64,000 nt of DNA from assembly GCA_041586955.1 (NCBI GenBank), contig JBFGZE010000006.1:16744-80743 (forward strand), read 5' to 3'. The stretch is from Bacteriovoracaceae bacterium (GTDB lineage Bacteria; Bdellovibrionota; Bacteriovoracia; Bacteriovoracales; Bacteriovoracaceae). The translations under genes and the position numbers were made by a program. Shown piece by piece: positions 39,270 through 49,381 of this stretch. The stretch's first letter is position 1. Each line of letters begins with the position of its first letter. The notes beneath the pieces are model-generated. The model ran no database searches. It was not told where the DNA came from and worked only from the letters and a program-made list of their open reading frames with translations.

Positions 39270-39404
39270 TTATGCAAAAAAACATAAAAAACCTCCTCTT
39301 TTAATGATAAATTTATACAATGCCGTAAATTTTATATTCAACTTACGCTATCATCCGTAGGTTAATATAGTTTAAATAATTCCGCGAAATCTTGGATCGT
39401 CTAT

Positions 39405-41024
39405 ATGAATAAGCCTGATTTTATATTTAACCCGCTCGGCGGCCTTGGCCAAATAGGCTCTAACTTCATGCTATTAGAGGCCAATCAGACTAATATTTTA
39501 ATTGATTGTGGCATCTTATTTCCCAGTGATGATTGCTATGGCCTCAATTATCTAGTTCCCAATTTCAAAGATCTATCGCATTTAGACTACCTGGTCATTA
39601 CTCACGGGCATGAAGACCATATTGGAGCAATCCAACATATCATTGACGCCTTTCCTCAGGTCAAAATTTATGCCCCACCTTTTGCGATTCATCTCATTCG
39701 TCATAAATTGGGAAGAGAAGTTCAAATAGAAGAGTATCGTTCAAAGACAAAATTTCTAATTGAAGATATTGTCTTCAACCCTGTCCAAGTTAATCACTCT
39801 ATTCCAGATACTTTTGGCCTTCATTTTCATCTTAAAGACTCCAATCATTGTTATTTTTTTGCTTCTGATTTTAAAATTGATACCCAGGCATGGACAGAAA
39901 GCAAATTTGATCTCGAATATTTAAATCAGATTTCCACAAAATTTACTTATAAATATTTATTTGCTGATAGTACCAATATTGCTTCACAAAGAGAGATTGG
40001 ACAAAGCGAGTACGATGTCTACCAAGAGCTCGATCAAATAATTAAGGGCCATAAGGGACGAGTCATCGTCACATCTTTTAGTTCGAATATTAATCGCATA
40101 CGCTCTCTCTTGGAAATCGCAAAAAAAACAAATAAAAAAGTCGTACTTTATGGTAGGGCCGTTCAAAATTACACCAAAATCGCCCATCAATTAGGTTTTT
40201 TACCAGAGTGGGAACAATATGCTCGGGATATTGAAAAAGTTAATTGTGAAGAAGAGCATATTTATATTTGCAGTGGCTGCCAGGGAGAATTTAGAGCAAC
40301 TCTTAATCGAGTTGCCAATAATACCGATTCTCATCTAAAGATTAAAGAATCTGACCTCGTCATTTTTTCGAGTAAACCTATTCCTGGTAATGAAAAAAAT
40401 ATTGCTCTCATGGTTAATAAATTAACTGAATTAGGAGCAACCATTATAACTGCCAATGATCGTCTCGTTCACGTATCTGGTCACGCTTATAAAAATGAGC
40501 TTTTGGCCCTTTATCAGGCATACCGCCCAACAACCATAGTACCCATTCATGGTGAAAGTTATTTTCTAAAGAAACATTGTCGATATATTAAAGAGAGTTA
40601 TCCCCAGGCCGAGTCAATTTTTTTGCTTAATAATCAATCTTTAATTATTAATAGTGACGGAGGACATTCCATTTCAGAAAAAGAGAATCCTGGCCTTCTC
40701 TATTTTCTTTCTCAAAGAGTTGAGGTGCCCCAAGTAAGCCTTAAAGAAAGAAGGAAATTAGCACAACAAGGTGCGATTTTCCTCTCTTATGATATTGCCA
40801 AAGGGAGTTATACATTTACTCTAATGGGCCTTCCTATTGTTGACGAAGAAAAGCTCTCTCAATTTATCCATCAAAATATTATTAAAAATAATATTCAATG
40901 TGATCAAGAAGCAAAAGTTTTATTAAGACAATTCTTTAAAGGATTCTACTCGGTTAAACCTGAATGTATTATTCATATCAATAGTTTAAAAAAAAGCTCC
41001 TTTCGGAGCTTTTTTAAAACTTAA
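39405..41024 (+). CDS. rnj: ribonuclease J
   Basis: PLGGLGQIGSN, ITHGHEDHIGA, NHSIPD, SDFK, DSTN, GCQGE, IPGNE, VHVSGHA, PIHGE. Confidence 0.95.
   Translation: MNKPDFIFNPLGGLGQIGSNFMLLEANQTNILIDCGILFPSDDCYGLNYLVPNFKDLSHLDYLVITHGHEDHIGAIQHIIDAFPQVKIYAPPFAIHLIRHKLGREVQIEEYRSKTKFLIEDIVFNPVQVNHSIPDTFGLHFHLKDSNHCYFFASDFKIDTQAWTESKFDLEYLNQISTKFTYKYLFADSTNIASQREIGQSEYDVYQELDQIIKGHKGRVIVTSFSSNINRIRSLLEIAKKTNKKVVLYGRAVQNYTKIAHQLGFLPEWEQYARDIEKVNCEEEHIYICSGCQGEFRATLNRVANNTDSHLKIKESDLVIFSSKPIPGNEKNIALMVNKLTELGATIITANDRLVHVSGHAYKNELLALYQAYRPTTIVPIHGESYFLKKHCRYIKESYPQAESIFLLNNQSLIINSDGGHSISEKENPGLLYFLSQRVEVPQVSLKERRKLAQQGAIFLSYDIAKGSYTFTLMGLPIVDEEKLSQFIHQNIIKNNIQCDQEAKVLLRQFFKGFYSVKPECIIHINSLKKSSFRSFFKT
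40988..41015. terminator. bidirectional intrinsic terminator between rnj and ftsZ
   Basis: A8-GCTCC-TTTC-GGAGC-T6. Confidence 0.85.
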
Positions 41025-41035
41025 TATAGTCATTA

Positions 41036-42481
41036 TTAGCGAACATGATCAGTGTTTGAGTTCTCATTTCTCAAGTAACTTGGCCGATCCAATTCATCCT
41101 CATCAAAATTAATGAATCCTAGCTTTTCAGCAATACTTTTCGCTCTTTTATTGGCGGTATACGCACTTGACTCATTGCTCGAATTGTCATTAAACTGCAT
41201 ATTTGAAGGACCTTTCGATTTCTCATATTGTGAAGCAGCTTCCTGAATATTACGAACAAGAGGGGATTCCTCATTTATATTTTCTGTAGGAATATAGTTT
41301 CCTTCTTCTCTTTCAGAATAAATCACTTGATCACGAGAAATAGGGGCTTCTTCTATCGTAGGTTGGCCTATATACGTACTCTGAGATGCTGATTCTGCCT
41401 TCTGTGTTTGAGGTTGCACCTCTTCACTCATTGTCGCTTGTTGTGGTCTAATCGGAGCTGCCGTAACTGGTTCTTGAACAGGTCTTTGAGGAGTCGCTGG
41501 TCTTCTTAAGCGCGACACCTCATCGCCCAAACCTGTTGCAACGACTGTTACTTTAATACTATCTTCCATCGTATCGTCAACGACTGCACCAAAAATAATC
41601 TCTGCATCCTCGTCAGCGGCTTCAGTAATTAACATTACGGCCTCATTTGTCTCAAACATTGTTAATGAAGAATTCCCTGTAATATTAATAATAATACCTG
41701 TAGCACCATCGATACTTATATCTTCTAATAATGGACTAGAAATGGCCTCTGTTGCCGCTTTTACAGCGCGATCAGGACCTGTTGCAACACCGGCCCCCAT
41801 AAGCGCCAGTCCTTTATTCGCCATGACTGTCTTGACGTCAGCAAAGTCAGCGTTAATTTGTCCTGTGTTATTAATTAAATCAGAAATCCCTCGAACAGCA
41901 TTCAAAAGAACATCATCTGCTTTTTTAAAGGTATCAACTAAGCTTAAACTTTCACCGGCAATATAAAGAAGTCTTTGATTTGGGATTGTAATCAAAGAAT
42001 CCACACTTTCTTCTAAGGTTTGGATACCTGTCTCGGCCTGTCTAAAGCGTTTTTTTCCTTCAAAAAGAAAAGGCTTAGTCACCACTCCAACTGTAAGTGC
42101 TCCTAACTCTCTGGCAAGCTTAGCAATTACTGGAGCAGCACCAGTCCCTGTACCACCACCCATTCCAGCAGTAATAAAAACCATATCCGAGCCGTTGATA
42201 ACTTCAGAAAGTGTTTCATATTCATCGAGGGCCGCTTTTCTTCCCACTTCAGGGTTAGCGCCAGCACCGAGTCCTTTAGTTAACTCTTGGCCTAATTGTA
42301 CTTTTGTTGGCGCTAAGCTGGCAGCTAATGCTTGAGAATCAGTATTCGCAACAATATATTCAACACCAACTAGTCCTGATTTGATCATGGTATTAACAGC
42401 GTTACAACCACCACCTCCAACACCAATTACCTTAATTGTTGCACCTTCTAAAATCTGATCGTCATTAGATATTTCGAACAT
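41036..42481 (-). CDS. ftsZ: cell division GTPase FtsZ
   Basis: [18 protein letters not shown] tubulin signature, NADFADV; C-terminal peptide LDRPSYLR. Confidence 0.99.
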   Translation of the reverse strand: MFEISNDDQILEGATIKVIGVGGGGCNAVNTMIKSGLVGVEYIVANTDSQALAASLAPTKVQLGQELTKGLGAGANPEVGRKAALDEYETLSEVINGSDMVFITAGMGGGTGTGAAPVIAKLARELGALTVGVVTKPFLFEGKKRFRQAETGIQTLEESVDSLITIPNQRLLYIAGESLSLVDTFKKADDVLLNAVRGISDLINNTGQINADFADVKTVMANKGLALMGAGVATGPDRAVKAATEAISSPLLEDISIDGATGIIINITGNSSLTMFETNEAVMLITEAADEDAEIIFGAVVDDTMEDSIKVTVVATGLGDEVSRLRRPATPQRPVQEPVTAAPIRPQQATMSEEVQPQTQKAESASQSTYIGQPTIEEAPISRDQVIYSEREEGNYIPTENINEESPLVRNIQEAASQYEKSKGPSNMQFNDNSSNESSAYTANKRAKSIAEKLGFINFDEDELDRPSYLRNENSNTDHVR

Positions 42482-42489
42482 ATATCCCC

Positions 42490-43722
42490 CTAGAATATTT
42501 CTTTAAATACGTTTCTAATTGAATTGCCTAATTTCCCAATTAGGTCGTTATTGTCGTCTACGACATTATTTGTCTTACTTTCATTATTTTTAAGTCCATC
42601 CATCAATAGACCTAAAACAGTAGAGTATTGTGGATTTTGAATAATATTTGTCATTCCACCAAGTGGTTTTGGATAACCAATTTTTGTCGGACGCTCTAAG
42701 ATATATTCACCCAATTCTGGGAGACCATCAATCAAAGCACCACCGCCTGTTAAAACGATACCACCATTGATTTCATTAGCTAATTTTTTCTCATCTAATA
42801 TCTTCGCTATAATTGAAAATAACTCTTCTGCGCGGGAGCCGAGAACCTTAGCAATAAAGCCTAGACCTATTTCTCTATTTTTTGTACCGCGAATTCCCTG
42901 AACAGTGATATGTGATGATTGATTAATTTTTTCATGTAAAACAGAGCCATGATGGGTTTTAATACGCTCCGCTTCCGCATGGGGAACCTTTAAGGCGACG
43001 GCCAAATCATTTGTAAAATGATGTCCCCCGACAGGTATAATTTGGGAGTGAACGAGACTCCCTTCTTTCCAAAGTGCCAAATCGGTTGTGCCACCTCCAA
43101 TATCTACTAATAGCACTCCCAATTCTTTTTCCTCTTCCGATAGAACAGCATCAGAGGAAGCAATAGGCTGCAGAGTAATCTTATCCGCCTGAATACCTGT
43201 TTGCTCCACACATTTTACTAAGTTTTGAATTAATGAGATAGCACCTGTCACAATATGAACATGGGCCTCAAGGCGAATACCACACATCCCGACAGGGTTC
43301 TTAATACCCGCAGTATTATCAACTCGAAACTCCTGTGGAATAACGTGGAGGATTTCACGGTCAGAAGGAATGACAACCGCTTTTGCTGCCTCAACAACTC
43401 TTTCAACATCTTCATTTGTTATTTCAGAGTTTTTAATAGCAACAACACCAGAGCTATTAAAGCTATAAATATGACTACCAGCTATGCCAATAGTCGCTTT
43501 TTCAATATTAACCCCCGCCATAAGGCGAGCATCTTCTAAACTGCATTGGATTGATTTAACGGTTTTATCGATATTAACGACGGAGCCTTTTTTCAGGCCA
43601 TGGGAGGGATGGGAACCTATCCCGATAATTTCAAGACCAGTTTCCGGTTGGTTTATTCCTACGATAGTACAAACTTTAGTAGTCCCTACATCTAGACCAA
43701 CGATTATATTTCGTTCATTCAT
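42490..43722 (-). CDS. ftsA: cell division protein FtsA
   Basis: GLDVGTTKV, VDIGGGTTD, LTGGGA, amphipathic C-terminal helix. Confidence 0.98.
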   Translation of the reverse strand: MNERNIIVGLDVGTTKVCTIVGINQPETGLEIIGIGSHPSHGLKKGSVVNIDKTVKSIQCSLEDARLMAGVNIEKATIGIAGSHIYSFNSSGVVAIKNSEITNEDVERVVEAAKAVVIPSDREILHVIPQEFRVDNTAGIKNPVGMCGIRLEAHVHIVTGAISLIQNLVKCVEQTGIQADKITLQPIASSDAVLSEEEKELGVLLVDIGGGTTDLALWKEGSLVHSQIIPVGGHHFTNDLAVALKVPHAEAERIKTHHGSVLHEKINQSSHITVQGIRGTKNREIGLGFIAKVLGSRAEELFSIIAKILDEKKLANEINGGIVLTGGGALIDGLPELGEYILERPTKIGYPKPLGGMTNIIQNPQYSTVLGLLMDGLKNNESKTNNVVDDNNDLIGKLGNSIRNVFKEIF

Positions 43723-43785
43723 GAGAATCCTTTCTCTTTTAAATGTCTTCCTAACAATAGGTACTTTTTACCTTATATGAAAATT

Positions 43786-44562
43786 TTAGAATTTGTCGCT
43801 AAACTTGACAACAACTTTTTTCGCATTGGTGAGGTTTATAACGGCGGGGACCCTTTTTTTCTCATTTAAATAACTTACTATTTTTTTCAACTTTTTAATT
43901 TTATCAACCCAACCCTTATTACCTATAAAGACACTGGATGGCTTTCCTTTGATGGAAAGAATAATCGTCATATCATTTTTATCGGATATAATTATCTCCG
44001 ATACTTTTTCTCTAAAATTAACCGGAAGAATTTTGAAGATATTTGTTATCTCTTGTTGAAGATCATTTTCTATTTTACCTACGGGTAGCGCTAGGTAGGG
44101 AAGATCACCTTTTATCTTTTTTTCCGTTCTTAAAAGGACTTCATAAGTCGGATCGAATAATTGTCCATTACTTACGAGTAAAGCTTCATAAGATTCAGTG
44201 CCATCATTTTTGTAAAGCTGAACCTTCATTAATGGACTAGGGCAATCAAACTTAATATTTAAAAACGATTTTACTGGGTTATATGAAATTGCATAATCAC
44301 TTAAGAAATGCTTGTCCTTGAGCTTATGCTTGATGATGGTTTTCTTAATATCTCGTAGCGAATAATTGCGTTCAAATTCCTTAACTAATTTAAGGGCGAG
44401 ACTTCCTGAAGATCGTGAAGGACAATTACCAAAACTCGTTCTGTATTGAAGCTTCTGATTATTCCCCTTATAACTCGCTAGCATAGGGGCACTGAAACAA
44501 AGTGTGGAAGCTAAGATCAAGCATTTTACGGTGAATTTAGGGACACTTAACTTCAAACTCAA
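43786..44562 (-). CDS. ftsQ: FtsQ/DivIB-like cell division protein (divergent; start uncertain)
   Basis: Located between murB and ftsA; C-terminal pattern VSEI...VFIG...KIKKL...INLTNAKKVVVK. Confidence 0.6.
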   Translation of the reverse strand: MSLKLSVPKFTVKCLILASTLCFSAPMLASYKGNNQKLQYRTSFGNCPSRSSGSLALKLVKEFERNYSLRDIKKTIIKHKLKDKHFLSDYAISYNPVKSFLNIKFDCPSPLMKVQLYKNDGTESYEALLVSNGQLFDPTYEVLLRTEKKIKGDLPYLALPVGKIENDLQQEITNIFKILPVNFREKVSEIIISDKNDMTIILSIKGKPSSVFIGNKGWVDKIKKLKKIVSYLNEKKRVPAVINLTNAKKVVVKFSDKF

Positions 44563-45442
44563 AATTTAATCCATATTGTAACTTTAGTTCATCTTTAACA
44601 AACGAAATTAATTCGAGGATATCATCACTAGTGGAGTCACCACTATTTTCGACAAAGTTACCGTGCTTATGACTTACTTTTAAATCACCTATGGTAAATC
44701 CCTTCATACCTATTATATCTATAAACTTTCCTGCGGGGCAAGTTTCCCCCTTAAAATCTGAGTTTTTAAAAATACAACCACATGTTGCAGAACTCATAGG
44801 CTGAGTTTCATTCCTTTTGGCCAAATAATTTTTTATTATTTGGCCAATATTGGAATCAATCCCCATATTCTTCATTTTCGCGAAAGCGACAACCTCGCCC
44901 TTTTGAATAAACGTATTACCACGGTATTTAAAATCACCTGATACTGTTTTTTTCCAATAAGTACTGCCATCAGGCCTAACAATCAAAACTTCAGTAACCA
45001 GGGACCCTATTTCACCTAAATTCGTACCGGCATTCATAAAAATGGCGCCACCTACCGAAGCAGGAATTCCGGTGAAAACTTCCCAGTTCTTTAGACCATT
45101 TTTAGCAGCATGAGACGTTAAGCGAGATAAACTAAGAGAGGCCGGTACAACATATATATTTCTGACTCTATCAAAATATTCTCTTTTAAACGGAAATTTA
45201 ATTTGAATATAAACGCCGTTAACTAAACTCTCCGGCAGGATTTGATTCGCACCCTGGCCCAAGAGGATATAATTGATATGATTATCATTTAATTTTTTAA
45301 CAACTGTCTTTAAGGCGATTAGACTTTTAACCACGATCAAATCACCGCTTGCCTTTAATTTTAAAGTCGAAAATTTTTTGAGATTCGCTTCAATCAAAAC
45401 ATCTATTTGCGAATTGCCGCGAAACAGGGTTTCAAGCTTCAT
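44537..45442 (-). CDS. murB: UDP-N-acetylenolpyruvoylglucosamine reductase
   Basis: LGQGAN, GIPASVGGAIFMNAG, TCGCIFKN, VSHKHGNF, FEFEV. Confidence 0.95.
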   Translation of the reverse strand: MKLETLFRGNSQIDVLIEANLKKFSTLKLKASGDLIVVKSLIALKTVVKKLNDNHINYILLGQGANQILPESLVNGVYIQIKFPFKREYFDRVRNIYVVPASLSLSRLTSHAAKNGLKNWEVFTGIPASVGGAIFMNAGTNLGEIGSLVTEVLIVRPDGSTYWKKTVSGDFKYRGNTFIQKGEVVAFAKMKNMGIDSNIGQIIKNYLAKRNETQPMSSATCGCIFKNSDFKGETCPAGKFIDIIGMKGFTIGDLKVSHKHGNFVENSGDSTSDDILELISFVKDELKLQYGLNFEFEVKCP

Positions 45443-46817
45443 TTTTCTCCACCCATTCCCTAACCTTACGGCCAATAGAGCCTGCTCCTAAAGTTAAAAC
45501 CACACAATCTTCAGTTTTAAAACGGTCGAGAGTCTTAAAAAAGTTATCATAATTATCAATCGTTACTGACAATTCGGGGTGCAAGATATTAATATCTAAA
45601 CTTAAACGATCTGAAGTAATTCCTGCAATTTGCATTTCACTGGCCGGATAAATCGGCAATAAAAATAATTCATGACAAAGATTAAAAGAGTGTAAAAAGT
45701 CTTCCCAGCAATCTTTTGTCCGTGAAAAGCGATGGGGTTCAAAAATAACATATAACTTCTTGCCCGGGTGGGATTCCTTAAAGATCGAGATCGTTTTTTG
45801 TACTTCTGTAGGGTGGTGGCCATAATCATCAATCAATTCAAATCTTGGTGTTTTTAATAATTGCTGAAAGCGCCTTCCAACTCCTTTAAATTTACAGATA
45901 CTATCAATTATTTGCTGTTCCTTTAAACCGAGGAAACGAGAAATAGCAATGGAACCCAATGCATTGAGAATATTATGCTCACCTGGAGTATGAATGGTAA
46001 AGCGTCCAATCGATTGACCACCTTCATAGACGTCAAATTCAGAGACTGTTCCATTGATCTTTATATTTTGAGCATAAATATCTGCATCATTGCTTAGGCC
46101 AAAAGTAATTATTGGTCGTTTAATTTCTGGCATGATCTCTCTCACACCAGCATCACTGATATTTAAAGCGACCACTCCATAAAAAGGCACTTTATTAGCA
46201 AAATCAATAAAAGCATTCTTAACATTGTCAAAAGTTTTATAATGATCCAAATGATCACTATCAATATTAGTGATCAGTGAAACGATTGGATTTAATAATA
46301 AGAAGCTGCCGTCACTTTCATCGGCTTCAGCGACGAGGAACTCTCCTTTACCAATTTTAGCGTGGCCATTTAGGTTCGCGACGATCCCTCCAATAATATA
46401 GGTTGGATCATATTGGCTTTCCTTTAGGATTGTTGCCAATAAGCTAGTAGTGGTTGTTTTGCCATGAGTTCCCGCAATAGCGATTCCCTTCTTTAAGCGC
46501 ATAAGCTCCGCGAGCATCTCAGCACGTCTCATTATTGGAATATTTTTTACTTTTGCCGCTATCATCTCAGGGTTGTCATTTTTAACCGCTGATGAATAAA
46601 CAATGACATTATAATCTTTGATATTTTTGGCATCATGGCCAAGATAAACGTCAACACCTAATTCTCTTAAGTGTACAACATTCTGTGATTCATTAAGATC
46701 TGAGCCAGAAACTGAAAATCCAAAGCTTACTAGAACTTCAGCAATTCCGCTCATTCCAATGCCACCGATGCCAATAAAATGGACCTTTACTTTACTTTTA
46801 AAATCAAACAACTTCAT
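45432..46817 (-). CDS. murC: UDP-N-acetylmuramate--L-alanine ligase
   Basis: HFIGIGGIGMSGIA, AGTHGKTTT, EADESDGSF, DDYGHHPTE. Confidence 0.98.
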   Translation of the reverse strand: MKLFDFKSKVKVHFIGIGGIGMSGIAEVLVSFGFSVSGSDLNESQNVVHLRELGVDVYLGHDAKNIKDYNVIVYSSAVKNDNPEMIAAKVKNIPIMRRAEMLAELMRLKKGIAIAGTHGKTTTTSLLATILKESQYDPTYIIGGIVANLNGHAKIGKGEFLVAEADESDGSFLLLNPIVSLITNIDSDHLDHYKTFDNVKNAFIDFANKVPFYGVVALNISDAGVREIMPEIKRPIITFGLSNDADIYAQNIKINGTVSEFDVYEGGQSIGRFTIHTPGEHNILNALGSIAISRFLGLKEQQIIDSICKFKGVGRRFQQLLKTPRFELIDDYGHHPTEVQKTISIFKESHPGKKLYVIFEPHRFSRTKDCWEDFLHSFNLCHELFLLPIYPASEMQIAGITSDRLSLDINILHPELSVTIDNYDNFFKTLDRFKTEDCVVLTLGAGSIGRKVREWVEKNEA

Positions 46818-46827
46818 CTCTCCAGAT

Positions 46828-47952
46828 TCAACGAGAAATATAAGAATAGCTTTCCTTTATTCTCTGATTGCGCACATTGGCCAATATCATACCAATTGCA
46901 AAAAAATTGGCCAGTAGAGAAGATCCTCCCGAACTAATAAAAGGTAGATTTAAACCTTTTGTTGGTAAGAGACCTAAAACAACTCCCATATTTATTATCG
47001 CCTGTAGGCCAATTGTCGCGATGAGAGCAGTGACGAGTATATATGAGTTTTTTTCTTTCATTGCTAGAGCAATCTTAAATCCTTTAAATATAAGAATCGC
47101 AAAAAGAGTCACCACAAATAAAACGCCAACAAAGCCTAATTCTTCACCAACGACACTGAATATAAAATCATTATGGGCCTCAGGTAAATAAAATAATTTT
47201 TCATTACTATTTCCTAGCCCGGAGCCCCAAAAAGAGCCATTGGCAAAGGCCAGATAGGATTGAATTACTTGAAAACCCGATGTTTTAGCATTCTTCCATG
47301 GGTCCAAAAAGGCCATCAAACGTCTTATACGATAAGGCTGCGCCACCAGCATAATTAGGCCCAAAATAATACCGCCAGTGGATATCATGTAAAAAAGTTT
47401 TCTGGGAAAGTCGGAAAGAAAACAGGCCAACATTAATACAAAAAAAGTGATTGCGAATGTACCATAGTCTGGCTGCAATAATATTAAAAGGGAGGGGAAT
47501 ATAAGGAATAGGCCAAATATAATCCTATCTCGTGATACGAGCGAGGAGTAATCCGAAAAATACTTCGTTGCGCTTAGCGCTATTGAATATTTAAGAAACT
47601 CCCCAGGCTGCAATGACATTAAACCAAAGTTAAGCCACCGGTTAGCTCCCTTAACCTTTAAACTCACACCTGGGATGAATGTCATCAGAATCAGAAAAAT
47701 AACAAGGATATTAATGTGGTGGGCATACTTAAGCCAAAAGTGGATTTTTGTTCTGGCGACGACTGCGCAGAGCGCCAAGGAGAATAGAAGATAGAAAATC
47801 TGCTTCCAAGCAAAGTAACTACTTTGCCCATATATTTCTTTTGCATAAATATAGCTTGAGGAATAGACCATGATTATGCCAAAAGGCACTAAAACCATTA
47901 AGGTCAACAATAAGGACCTCTTATCCTTTTCTAACGACGATACCGCATCCAT
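46828..47952 (-). CDS. ftsW: SEDS peptidoglycan polymerase FtsW
   Basis: GANRW, QPGEFLK, QPDYG, LPEAHNDFIF, LPFISSGGSS. Confidence 0.97.
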   Translation of the reverse strand: MDAVSSLEKDKRSLLLTLMVLVPFGIIMVYSSSYIYAKEIYGQSSYFAWKQIFYLLFSLALCAVVARTKIHFWLKYAHHINILVIFLILMTFIPGVSLKVKGANRWLNFGLMSLQPGEFLKYSIALSATKYFSDYSSLVSRDRIIFGLFLIFPSLLILLQPDYGTFAITFFVLMLACFLSDFPRKLFYMISTGGIILGLIMLVAQPYRIRRLMAFLDPWKNAKTSGFQVIQSYLAFANGSFWGSGLGNSNEKLFYLPEAHNDFIFSVVGEELGFVGVLFVVTLFAILIFKGFKIALAMKEKNSYILVTALIATIGLQAIINMGVVLGLLPTKGLNLPFISSGGSSLLANFFAIGMILANVRNQRIKESYSYISR

Positions 47953-47994
47953 GGTACAAACCACCTCCATGTGGTCATTTTATCATAGTCCTAA

Positions 47995-49377
47995 CTATAA
48001 TTGATAAACTAATTTTTTATAGTAATTACCGCGCTCTTCGTAGTCTCTAAAGAAATCGGTACTAGGATTACCAGGAGACAAGAGAATGGTATCTCCTGTT
48101 CTTGATTTTTGATAAGCAAAAAGAATCGATTCTTCAAAAGAGCCGACAATATAGGTTTGTGCATGCTCAAATAAGGCCCGATTTAATCTTTCTTTACATT
48201 CACCTACTAAAACCAAAATTCTTGTATTTTTAACGATATCTTCAGTGAAGGTTTCAAATTCAATCCCCTCAACATCTTTCCCGCCAGCAATTAGAATCAC
48301 TGGCGACTTAAAGGCCTCAATTGATTGAACCATTTCATTCATTTTTTCGGCCTTACTATCATTATAGAAAGAAACGCCGTTCTTCTCCATAAGGAACTCT
48401 AAGCGATGAGGTATTCCGGGAAATTTCTCGACGCATTTTTGAATGGAGTCATCGGATACGTCTAATGCCTTACAGGCAGTAATGGCAGCAAGAAGGTTTT
48501 CCCTATTATTTTGTCCGACAATTCTCATTTCACTCACAACAAATTCAGAGTGATAATTGATATTTGAATGAATCCGACGATTATGAAAATGAGTCCCTTG
48601 AATTTCAGACATGACACCCATTTTTTGAAATGACTTGCGGGAATACCAATATGTTTGGCAATTTGCGTTTCTAAAAAAGGTGTTATTGGCCAATTTGTCA
48701 AAATTGACGACCAAGGTATCATCCGGAGACAAGGTTTTAATAATCGACAGTTTTGTTTCGATATACTCGCCCACGGATCTAAAATGGGCGGAATCGTAAT
48801 CTTCTGAAATATTAGTAAAAACAACCATAACTGGGTGGAAGTTTTCCAACTTTCTCAATTGGACTGAAGAGACCTCCACGATGGCGTAATCAATTTCATC
48901 TTTGTTAGGAAGCATTGCGTATTCAATAAACGGGCTATCGCTTGTGCCACCGACAAAGACATTTTTCCCTTCAAGTTTGAGCGAGAAACCTATCATATGA
49001 GCGACAGTTGTGCGCCCTTTGCTGCCACAAATGGCAATAATCGGGCGTCGGCATAGAAGATTGGCCAAAGAAAATTCACTATAAACTTCTTTACCACTTC
49101 TTCTTGCTAATTCTAATTGGGGTAACTCTGGGTTAACGGCAGAAGAATAGACAATAACGTCACATTCAATAAAGTCTTCATCACGATGCTCCCCGAAAAC
49201 CATTTCGGGATTGGGCTTAACTTTTTTTAACTTTTTAACAGCTTTATTTAAATCAAAGATCGGCTTAATATCTGTCACGCGAATTTGACAGTCTAATTTG
49301 TTGAAAAAGTTAATTAAGGTAAATCCGGTTTTGCCAATACCAACAATTAAAATTTTCTTATTCCTAAACCTATCCAT
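47995..49377 (-). CDS. murD: MurD-family ligase (atypical active-site motifs)
   Basis: IVGIGKTG, EVSS.QL, PHRLE, YNDSKA, LIAGG, LLSPG, YEERG; canonical position between mraY and ftsW. Confidence 0.85.
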   Translation of the reverse strand: MDRFRNKKILIVGIGKTGFTLINFFNKLDCQIRVTDIKPIFDLNKAVKKLKKVKPNPEMVFGEHRDEDFIECDVIVYSSAVNPELPQLELARRSGKEVYSEFSLANLLCRRPIIAICGSKGRTTVAHMIGFSLKLEGKNVFVGGTSDSPFIEYAMLPNKDEIDYAIVEVSSVQLRKLENFHPVMVVFTNISEDYDSAHFRSVGEYIETKLSIIKTLSPDDTLVVNFDKLANNTFFRNANCQTYWYSRKSFQKMGVMSEIQGTHFHNRRIHSNINYHSEFVVSEMRIVGQNNRENLLAAITACKALDVSDDSIQKCVEKFPGIPHRLEFLMEKNGVSFYNDSKAEKMNEMVQSIEAFKSPVILIAGGKDVEGIEFETFTEDIVKNTRILVLVGECKERLNRALFEHAQTYIVGSFEESILFAYQKSRTGDTILLSPGNPSTDFFRDYEERGNYYKKLVYQL

Positions 49378-49381
49378 CAAT

